Shown here in pieces: positions 19,708 to 26,565 of a stretch of 64,000 bases of DNA. Within the stretch, counting starts at the first letter, position 1; every line of letters starts with the position of its first letter. Origin of the DNA: Betaproteobacteria bacterium (GTDB lineage Bacteria; Pseudomonadota; Gammaproteobacteria; Burkholderiales; Ga0077523); NCBI GenBank assembly GCA_037141795.1, contig JBAXBV010000011.1, positions 69,843 through 133,842 on the forward strand. The letters are read 5' to 3'. A program made the translations under genes and the position numbers. The notes under the pieces were generated by a model. That model did not search any database. It was not told where the DNA came from and saw only the letters and a list, made by a program, of their open reading frames with translations.

Positions 19708-19998
19708 TCAGTGGTCGTGTTCGTCCCAGGGACTGTGCTTGACCTCGGGTGGCACCCAGATGGTCTCGTACACTTTCTGGAGTTCCTTTTCCTTGCGAAC
19801 CTCATCGCTTTCGGAAAGCCGCGAGTACTTGGCCTCCGTGGGGCCATTGAAGCGTTTGGTGTTCAGGCTCGGCGCCGAGATCACCTTTCGCAGCCCGCCG
19901 CCGCAACGGCTGCAGGTCGACGGGCCGGATTCCTTCATGCCGTGCCGGGTCTGGTAGATGACCAGGCAGGGGTCACAGGCGTATTCGTAGGTGGGCAT
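19708..19998 (-). CDS. FmdB-family zinc-ribbon protein (putative regulatory protein)
   Basis: 96 aa. N-terminal MPTYEYACDPC...CSRCGG is the CxxC-N-CxxC FmdB ribbon. ATG confirmed at 19998. Confidence 0.8.
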   Translation of the reverse strand: MPTYEYACDPCLVIYQTRHGMKESGPSTCSRCGGGLRKVISAPSLNTKRFNGPTEAKYSRLSESDEVRKEKELQKVYETIWVPPEVKHSPWDEHDH

Positions 19999-20028
19999 GG
20001 CTGTCTGGTCTGAGGAGGATCCGGGGTG

Positions 20029-20058
20029 AAAAGGGCCGACCCCTTGCGAGGTCGGCCC
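20029..20058 (-). terminator. Intrinsic terminator/attenuator between the amidohydrolase and fmdB-like genes
   Basis: On the minus strand: GGGCCGACC-8 nt loop-GGTCGGCCC (9-bp perfect stem; plus-strand arms 20033-20041 and 20050-20058), followed by TTTTC (plus 20028-20032). Confidence 0.6.
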
Positions 20059-20081
20059 CGGTTGCAGCGGGCGCCAGCCGG

Positions 20082-21407
20082 TCAGGCCACGGCCGTGGCG
20101 ACGATCTCCGCCTTGGCCTGCATGGCTGCCTGCTTGTTGATGTTCCAGAGGCGCGCGGCATTTTCGCCGAAGACCTTGCGCCGGATTTCCGGCGTGATCT
20201 TCGGATAGCCGTGACCCTCCACGAGCTGGTCCGGAATCTGGAACTTGCGGAACGCGTCGATCTGCCACTGCGGATTGCCCCACAGCAGCGAATCGGTGCC
20301 CCACAGGACGTAATCCGGTCCGAGGTCGCGCAGCAGGGTGCCAAGCACGTGAGCGCACTCCAGCGGCCGGCTGGACACCGTTGCTGCAAACGTGGAGCCC
20401 ACCTCGCAGAAGAGGTTCTTGCGTTGCGGCTTGAAGGTCTTCAGCGCTGCCAGTTCGGCGTGATAGGGCCAGGCCGAGTGGTAGGCGATGAAGTTCAGGT
20501 CGAGGAAGTCGTCCGCCGCGGCGTCGAAGTCCTCCGCATGGGCATAGCGCGCATAGAACTGGCCGAACGGAATGCCCTTGTGGCAGCCGATGTTCTTGAT
20601 GCCCAGCTTGCGGCACTCTTCCCAGATGGGATAGGCCAGCTTCTCGTCATCGAACCACCAGCCCTTCTTGTCGGTGGCGTCGAAGGTGTAGAGCTTGAGC
20701 CCGGAGATCTTGTAGTCCTGGGCGTACATCCGCAGCCGATCGAGGGTCACGCCCACTCCCTGGTTGGGGGTCAGGCCACCCGCGAGCATGATCGTCGACT
20801 TGGGCCACTTCTTGCGCACCTGCGCCTGGTAATCCATCGGGATCATGTCCTGGCCGCCGTAGTGCTCGCGGAAGCCGAACGGGTTGTAGATGCCGACGGT
20901 CGTGTCGCTCTGTTCGAGGATCAGCTTGCCGTAGTTCTCGACATTCATGTCGCGGGTGCCATTGGCCAGGCCGAAGGCCTTGCCCAGATCGTCCAGCAAC
21001 TGGACGAACCACATCCCGCGCTCGGAGGTGTTCTCGCCGAGCACGTAGTGACCCGGCCTCGTGCAGACGTGGGTGTGGACGTCGACGATGAAGTCGTTGC
21101 TTGCGCGGGCCACCTGGAACGCCTCGTTCTTGGCGTCGACGTCAGCCGCCTCGGCCTCGCCCACCTCGAAGAACTTCATCCCCGTGACCTCGTTGGCCGC
21201 AAGCATGGCCGCCGAGAAACCGAGGGTGGACTTGAGGAAGTTGCGGCGCGGCATGCCTGCCTGCCTGGCGTAGTCGTCCATCTTGGCGGAGATCTTCGGC
21301 CCCATGTTGCCGGCCATGAAGAGCGAGGTGCCGACCTCGTCGCTGTTGAACGGGTCGAGGGGCTGATGCTCGAGCCCCTTGAAGTGCTGCAGGATGTTGT
21401 ATTCCAT
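20082..21407 (-). CDS. Amidohydrolase-family (Amidohydro_2-like) metal hydrolase with an internal twin-arginine motif
   Basis: 441 aa. ATG 21407 is preceded by GGGAGG at 7 nt. Tat-like motif MPRRNFLKSTLGFSAAMLAA at aa 52-71. Metal motif VDVHTH. The C-terminus LWGTDS...KVFGENAARLW is typical of the family. Confidence 0.8.
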   Translation of the reverse strand: MEYNILQHFKGLEHQPLDPFNSDEVGTSLFMAGNMGPKISAKMDDYARQAGMPRRNFLKSTLGFSAAMLAANEVTGMKFFEVGEAEAADVDAKNEAFQVARASNDFIVDVHTHVCTRPGHYVLGENTSERGMWFVQLLDDLGKAFGLANGTRDMNVENYGKLILEQSDTTVGIYNPFGFREHYGGQDMIPMDYQAQVRKKWPKSTIMLAGGLTPNQGVGVTLDRLRMYAQDYKISGLKLYTFDATDKKGWWFDDEKLAYPIWEECRKLGIKNIGCHKGIPFGQFYARYAHAEDFDAAADDFLDLNFIAYHSAWPYHAELAALKTFKPQRKNLFCEVGSTFAATVSSRPLECAHVLGTLLRDLGPDYVLWGTDSLLWGNPQWQIDAFRKFQIPDQLVEGHGYPKITPEIRRKVFGENAARLWNINKQAAMQAKAEIVATAVA

Positions 21408-21518
21408 GTACTGCCTCCCTGAACGTCGTAGTCGGAAGGGCAGGCCACGGTCTGCGATTCACAAGTCGCAACCCGCCCCGGCGTCGCTGTTGTTTGGTTT
21501 TCTTGTCAACGTGACTTG

Positions 21519-21548
21519 ACGTTACGCATGTTGCAGCGCGAGTGTCAA
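21519..21548 (-). promoter_or_regulatory. Candidate sigma70-type promoter for the Tat-motif amidohydrolase gene
   Basis: On the minus strand: TTGACA (21548-21543), 18 nt, TAACGT (21524-21519), about 110 nt upstream of ATG 21407. A GTCAA-N6-TTGAC dyad (21505-21520) overlaps the -10/TSS region. Sequence pattern only. Confidence 0.3.
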
Positions 21549-21590
21549 TAGCGGTGAAGCGGTGCCCTGCCGCGGCAGGAGGGGTTCGCG

Positions 21591-21612
21591 CGAGCCGGGT
21601 TTCACCGGCTCG
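21591..21612 (-). terminator. Stable hairpin downstream of the OpuAC-like gene (possible terminator/insulator, no U-tract)
   Basis: CGAGCCGG-gtttca-CCGGCTCG, a perfect 8-bp stem, about 70 nt beyond the stop at 21684. Confidence 0.3.
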
Positions 21613-21683
21613 TCCAGACGGGGGGCGTGGGGAGACTCGCGTCCCGCAGGGAAGCCGGAAGGCCGACTGCGGCCGGGCCGCCG

Positions 21684-22577
21684 TCAGTCTTCGTCCGGGT
21701 TGGCAAGCCAGTAGGTGACCGTGTTCGGATTCGAGCCGATCCACCGGCGCGCGGCGTCCCGGGGGCTCATGCGCTCCACGTTGACCCAGTAGTCCATTTC
21801 CGTGACGGCCTTGAGGGACATCTCGATGCGCGAGAGCATGATGCGCTGCTTCTTCTGCAGCCCCTCGAAGTAGGCCTTGTTGGCCACGAGCATGGCCCGG
21901 TTGGGGCCTCCGAGCAGTTTCTGCGGTTCGTCGAGGATGCGCAGGCGGTGGGCCTTGTTGAGGTATTGCGGCCGCCAGAGGGGCATGACGAACCAGTCCC
22001 TGGCCGCGATGCGCGCGTTGAAGTTGTCGAGCCATTCCTTCGCGGGTCCGGAGACCAGTTCGTAGCCCGCGGTTCCCAGTCCGTAGTGCTCGAAGACCCG
22101 CTTCGAGCCCTGCATGAGGCCGGAATCCGGAAGGGTCCCGCGGATGGTCCTGACCATCCTGGCGGCGACCTCCGGCTTCAGCAGGTCGGCGACGCCGCGC
22201 ACGTCGGCGGCGGGCATGTAGTCGGGTACCGCCCAGTAGAGCATGGCATCCTCGAACAGCGTGCTCACCTGCACGAGTTCCGAGCCGTACCGCTCCCAGT
22301 AGACGGCGTGGGCATCCGGCAGCCACGCCGCCACGAACAGGTCCAGGTCGCCGCTGGCGACGCGCGGAAACATCCGCGAGTGACTGCCGGCGTCGATCGC
22401 GACGTTCCAGCCCTGGCGTTCGCACAGGAACTGCACCACGTTCGCCGTCACTTCATAGAAGGAAAGGTCCACGTGTCCGATGCGGGCGACACCTGCCCGG
22501 GCGTCGAGTGGAAGCGCGCCGAGCGCAGCGGTTGCGGCGAACGCCTTCATCAACGAACGTCTTGCTGGATATGTCAT
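21684..22577 (-). CDS. Glycine betaine/quaternary-amine-type periplasmic substrate-binding protein (OpuAC family), orphan
   Basis: 297 aa from ATG 22577, with AGGAG upstream. Signal MTYPARRSLMKAFAATAALGALPLDARA. GDLDLFVAAWLPDAHAVYWERYG and DWFVMPLWRPQYL match the OpuAC/ProX fold as I remember it. No permease or ATPase gene is adjacent. Confidence 0.75.
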   Translation of the reverse strand: MTYPARRSLMKAFAATAALGALPLDARAGVARIGHVDLSFYEVTANVVQFLCERQGWNVAIDAGSHSRMFPRVASGDLDLFVAAWLPDAHAVYWERYGSELVQVSTLFEDAMLYWAVPDYMPAADVRGVADLLKPEVAARMVRTIRGTLPDSGLMQGSKRVFEHYGLGTAGYELVSGPAKEWLDNFNARIAARDWFVMPLWRPQYLNKAHRLRILDEPQKLLGGPNRAMLVANKAYFEGLQKKQRIMLSRIEMSLKAVTEMDYWVNVERMSPRDAARRWIGSNPNTVTYWLANPDED

Positions 22578-22655
22578 GTTGCTCCTGGTCCTGCCTCTGC
22601 TGGGGATGGGGTGCCCGGCACTCCGTCGATGGCGCGCGGGTCCGCGCGCCATGCT

Positions 22656-23084
22656 TCACTTCTTCCGGTCGCCGCACATGCCGGGCAGCGAATCCAGCGC
22701 GAATCGACGGGCCTCGCCCTCCTGCTGAAGATACGCGTTCTGGACCTGATAGGCCTCGCGTTCCTTCGAGAACCATCGATCGCAGTGGTCCGGGATGATC
22801 TCGAAGCGACCCGTGACATGCTGCACATGATGCACGAGTTCGTGCAGGAGCACCGAGCGGGTGAAGGTGTCCTTGAGGGAGCCGACCGCGTCGCTCATGA
22901 AGACCCCCTTGCCCGGAAGGTAGAAGGCCTTGATGCCGCAGGAACCCTTGCAGAGCATCTGCTGAATCTGTGCGGGAGGCACGATGTGCACGTCCGGAAG
23001 TTGCTCCGGGATGGGATAACCGGACAGGAACTTGATCGCCGCCATCAGTTCGGCGACGACTTCCACAACCGAGATGTTGTCCAT
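22656..23084 (-). CDS. Small HExxH-motif protein (putative zinc-dependent; uncharacterised family)
   Basis: 142 aa from ATG 23084; the longest ORF reaches 23297. Motif SVLLHELVHHVQH, followed by EREAYQVQNAYL, plus four Cys. It is co-directional with the OpuAC-like gene, 78 nt upstream of it. Confidence 0.55.
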   Translation of the reverse strand: MDNISVVEVVAELMAAIKFLSGYPIPEQLPDVHIVPPAQIQQMLCKGSCGIKAFYLPGKGVFMSDAVGSLKDTFTRSVLLHELVHHVQHVTGRFEIIPDHCDRWFSKEREAYQVQNAYLQQEGEARRFALDSLPGMCGDRKK

Positions 23085-23463
23085 GGTTTTTCCGTCCGTG
23101 TATTGGACAAACGAACATTGTCCGGCGGGGCTGTCCGGTCCGGGACGGAAATTCGTCTGTTCGGCGAATGGTCCGCTCCCGCAAGCATTTCCGTCAAGCC
23201 GCACGGTTGGAAACATCCGGTGGGCTGGACGGAATTCACCCTGGACAAACCCGGATGTTTTTCCTTGACTGTTCAGGAAATGATCCCGGACAATCAATTC
23301 GTACCTTAGGGGCGGACATCATTCCGGTCCGACGCGCGGCGCAGCCGGAATCGGGCACGTTCGCGGTGGCTCCGGGGAACACGTGTGCAGCATTCCGTCT
23401 CCGGCACTGCTCGACGAGTGACGCCGCCGGCGGGAAAACGTAGTCAACATCAGGAGGTTTCCC

Positions 23464-25206
23464 ATGCGTAGCAAGACTGTTCGGTTCATCCCCGGCGTTC
23501 TCGCTTCGGCCGTTTCCGTTGCCCTGCTGTCGGGCGGCGCGATGGCTGCCGATGTCGATTCCGCCCGTCTTCTCAATGCTGACAAGGAGCCCGGCAACTG
23601 GATGACCTACCACGGGTCGTACAAGTCCTGGCACTACAGCAACCTTGACCAGATCAACACCAAGAACGTCGGCAAGCTGACGGAAGCCTGGTCGCATGTT
23701 GCCTCACGCGCCAACCGCGGCCTGCAGGGCATCCCGCTCGCCATCGACGGCGTTCTGTACTACACCAGCCCGTACAACCAGCTCTACGCGCTCGACGGCG
23801 CCACGGGCAAGACGATCTGGACCTACAAGCACAAGCTGAACGAGGACCTGGTTGCCCGCCAGACGCACTCCCCCTACAACCGCGGCATCGCCGCCGGCTA
23901 CGGCAACCTCTACATGGGCACGCTCGATGGCAAGCTCGCCGCCATCGACATGAAGACCGGCAAGCTCGCCTGGGAGACCAAGCTGGTCGACTCCGAGAAG
24001 CTGACCGTCGGCTTCACGGGCGCTCCCCTGCTGGTCAAGGACAAGATCATCATCGGCGCCCAGGGCGGTGAGTGGCCGGATCGCGGCCCGATCTTCGCGG
24101 TGAACGCGAAGACCGGCGAGAAGGTCTGGCAGTTCCTCACTGCCGGCGGCAACGACGGCACCAAGTCGGATGCCCGCAACACCTGGGGTGGCGATTCCTA
24201 CAAGACCGGTGGTGGCGGTGGCTGGATGGCCGGCAGCTACGATCCGGAGAGCAACACCGTGTGGTGGGGTACCGCCAACCCGGCTCCGCTCTACGACTGG
24301 GCCGGCGACAAGTACATGACGGAAGGCCCGCGTCCGGGCCTGAACCTGTACACGTCCTCGGTGATCCAGCTCGATCCCGACACGGGTGAACTGAAGAGCT
24401 ACCACCAGGTCCTGCCCCACGACGCCTGGGATTTCGACCCCGCCCAGGGCGAGCTCATGATGATCGAGCGTGATGGCAAGAAGCTGGTCGTGCATCCCAG
24501 CAAGAGCGGTTTCGTGTTCGTGTTCGACCGCGCCACCGGCAAGCCCGTCAACGTCTACAAGGGCGTCGACGCGATCAACTTCGTCAAGGACATCAAGCCC
24601 AATGGCGAACTCGTTGGTCGCTGGGATCCGCCCGAGGGCAAGCACGTCAACCTCTGCCCGGCCATCGCTGGCGGCTACAGCTGGAACGCTGGGACCTACA
24701 GCCCCAAGACCAACCTGCTGTACAAGGTGGGCTTCGAGTGGTGCATGGACCTGGAAATCGTGAAGACCGAACCGATCACCGAGCCGGTCGTACAGCTCAA
24801 CATCGGTGCCAACTTCACGATGCACGGCCCTGGCGACAAGAAGGCCTTCGGTCACATCCGTGCCCGTGATCCCGTCACCGGCAAGGTGAAGTTCGAGATC
24901 AAGTACCCGGGTGCAGTGCCGCACGGTGGTCTGCTGTCGACCGCCGGCAACGTGCTGTTCGTTCCCGAAGCCGATGGCATGTTCACCGCGTACGACGCCA
25001 CCAGCGGCAAGAAGCTCTGGGCCCACAACATGGGTCAGGGCAGCGTCGGCGGCACCATCTCCTACCTGGCCAACGGCAAGCAGTACGTCGCGGTGATGAC
25101 GGGCTGGGGCAGCCTGGTGGGTGACGGCTACGGCGATCTCTGGGGCGAGCCCTGGAAGAGCATGCCGAAGGACTCCGGCGTGCTGAAGGTCTACTCCCTG
25201 CAGTAA
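23464..25206 (+). CDS. PQQ-dependent alcohol dehydrogenase, methanol/ethanol family (lanthanide-type Asp present, vicinal Cys-Cys absent)
   Basis: 580 aa. AGGAGG lies 8 nt upstream of the ATG. Signal peptide ...LLSGGAMA. Propeller motifs GNWMTYHGSY, IIIGAQGGEW, WWGTANPAP, LPHDAWDFDP (D323, D325), PAIAGGYSWN. Confidence 0.9.
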   Translation: MRSKTVRFIPGVLASAVSVALLSGGAMAADVDSARLLNADKEPGNWMTYHGSYKSWHYSNLDQINTKNVGKLTEAWSHVASRANRGLQGIPLAIDGVLYYTSPYNQLYALDGATGKTIWTYKHKLNEDLVARQTHSPYNRGIAAGYGNLYMGTLDGKLAAIDMKTGKLAWETKLVDSEKLTVGFTGAPLLVKDKIIIGAQGGEWPDRGPIFAVNAKTGEKVWQFLTAGGNDGTKSDARNTWGGDSYKTGGGGGWMAGSYDPESNTVWWGTANPAPLYDWAGDKYMTEGPRPGLNLYTSSVIQLDPDTGELKSYHQVLPHDAWDFDPAQGELMMIERDGKKLVVHPSKSGFVFVFDRATGKPVNVYKGVDAINFVKDIKPNGELVGRWDPPEGKHVNLCPAIAGGYSWNAGTYSPKTNLLYKVGFEWCMDLEIVKTEPITEPVVQLNIGANFTMHGPGDKKAFGHIRARDPVTGKVKFEIKYPGAVPHGGLLSTAGNVLFVPEADGMFTAYDATSGKKLWAHNMGQGSVGGTISYLANGKQYVAVMTGWGSLVGDGYGDLWGEPWKSMPKDSGVLKVYSLQ

Positions 25207-25244
25207 CTTCGGTCTGACCGCGGCGCGAGCCGCGGCAAGGGGAA

Positions 25245-25274
25245 GGGCGGGGACCTGGTCTCCGCCCTTTTTTT
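25245..25274 (+). terminator. Rho-independent terminator after the PQQ dehydrogenase gene
   Basis: GGGCGGGGA-cctgg-TCTCCGCCC (9-bp stem with one G-U pair), followed by seven T (25268-25274). A second 7-bp hairpin with a GCGA loop precedes it at 25218-25235. Confidence 0.85.
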
Positions 25275-25386
25275 CGGGTTGCGCCTCCCGTGTGCCGTCG
25301 GGGAGCCCCCAGGCGTTATGATGAGCATTGCGTGGCGGGCAGGACGTTCCGCCCGGAAACAGAGATCACTGAAGGGGGATATTCCA

Positions 25387-25746
25387 TTGAAGACAAGCCC
25401 GAGCCGCTGGCTGCGTTTCGCCCTCGCCTCCGCCCTTGCCGTTTGCCTCGGCAGCGCGTTTTCCGCACGGGCCGAAGATGCCGCGCCTGCGGAGAAGCAC
25501 TTCGACGTCAAGAACAACTTCCGCAACATCTGCGGCTTCTGCCACGCCGACTATGGTCGCAAGGCGGGCAAGGGACCGCAGCTGATGAACTCCGAGCGCT
25601 CCGACGAATTCATGTTCAACCGCATCAAGAAGGGCATGCCGAGCCGCATGGCGGCCTTCGGCAGTGTCTACACCGACGAACAGATCCGGGACATCGTCAG
25701 GTTCATCCGCAGCCTGAAGGAAGGCGAGGAGCCCCAGAACCCATGA
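25387..25746 (+). CDS. Monohaem c-type cytochrome (putative electron acceptor of the PQQ dehydrogenase)
   Basis: 119 aa if TTG 25387 is the start, with GAAGGGGGA 7 nt upstream. This gives the signal peptide (M)KTSPSRWLRFALASALAVCLGSAFSARA. In-frame ATGs at 25318/25321 are alternatives. CxxCH motif is CGFCH. Met ligand candidate in KGMPSRMAAF. Confidence 0.75.
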   Translation: MKTSPSRWLRFALASALAVCLGSAFSARAEDAAPAEKHFDVKNNFRNICGFCHADYGRKAGKGPQLMNSERSDEFMFNRIKKGMPSRMAAFGSVYTDEQIRDIVRFIRSLKEGEEPQNP

Positions 25747-26546
25747 CCGGAGCCAGCGTTCGTCCGGGTGGTGGTTCGGTCTGGCAGCGGGTAGCTGCCC
25801 TGTGGGCCCTGCCGCTCCTGCTCTGGGCCGGAGACTCGGGCGCCCGCACCCTTGCCGAGGTCCGGGCACTGGGCGCGATTTCCCTGTGCGCGAGTCCGGA
25901 GACCCTGCCCTATGCCAGTGACAAGCCGGGCGATCCCGGCTTCCAGATCGAACTGGGGCAGGCCATTGCCCGCGAGCTGGGCCTGTCGCTGTCCATCGAG
26001 TGGATTGTTCCGCGCCGCCGGGCCGGTGTCGTCAATTGCGACATGCAACTCGACAGTGTGAATGACCCCGCGATGCACAAGGGACGTGCTCTTCTTTCGA
26101 GACCGTACCAGAAGTCGGGTGTGGCCCTGGGTTTCGCCCGGGGCGTCGCGCCCGTCACGGACTACCGGGAGATTCCGAAGGACGTCAAGGTCGGAGTCAT
26201 GGTCAATTCGGTGGCCGGCATGGTGCTCGGCAAGAGCGGCGCCACGACTTCCCCGTTTGCGTTCCAGAACGACATGGTGGACGCGCTCGCGCGGGGTGAG
26301 ATCCAGGGGGCTGCCGTCTCCACTGCCACCCTGAGCTACTACATCCACACCCATCCGGAGGCTGGAGTGCGGCTGGTCCACGCATTCGACAGCGCCCCGG
26401 AACTGTCCTGGGAGGTGGCTGCCGGCCTGCGCAAGTCCGATGACGCACTCGTCGCGGAAGTCAACCGGGCGCTCGACCGGCTGCTCGCAGACGGCACGAT
26501 CACGAGGATCTACGCGCGTTACGGGATCGAACACCGGCAGCCTTGA
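25743..26546 (+). CDS. Quinoprotein dehydrogenase-associated periplasmic binding protein (XoxJ/MoxJ-like, SBP family 3)
   Basis: 267 aa. ATG 25743 overlaps the cytochrome stop (ATGA). Signal-like WQRVAALWALPLLLWAGDSGA. SBP_bac_3-like segments LSLCASPETLPYAS and TRIYARYGI. Confidence 0.75.
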   Translation: MTGASVRPGGGSVWQRVAALWALPLLLWAGDSGARTLAEVRALGAISLCASPETLPYASDKPGDPGFQIELGQAIARELGLSLSIEWIVPRRRAGVVNCDMQLDSVNDPAMHKGRALLSRPYQKSGVALGFARGVAPVTDYREIPKDVKVGVMVNSVAGMVLGKSGATTSPFAFQNDMVDALARGEIQGAAVSTATLSYYIHTHPEAGVRLVHAFDSAPELSWEVAAGLRKSDDALVAEVNRALDRLLADGTITRIYARYGIEHRQP

Positions 26547-26565
26547 TCCGTTCCGGCCGGCCCCC

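Noticed and set aside
23168-23443. 91-aa plus-strand ORF in the spacer upstream of the PQQ dehydrogenase
   Set aside because: It has no RBS, low third-position G+C bias, an odd composition and no motifs. The region is better explained as a regulatory spacer.
23464-25206. Calling the quinoprotein a classical Ca-dependent MxaF methanol dehydrogenase
   Set aside because: No small-subunit (mxaI) or mxaACKL genes are nearby. The residue after WDF is Asp (lanthanide-type) rather than Ala, and the Cys-Cys pair is missing. I keep only the family-level call.
25290-25742. 5' part of the 418-aa ORF that would fuse upstream sequence to the XoxJ-like protein
   Set aside because: This part is an alternative frame over the cytochrome c gene, which has CxxCH and a signal peptide in its own frame. 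ATG 25743 overlaps the cytochrome stop and gives a family-typical 267-aa binding protein.
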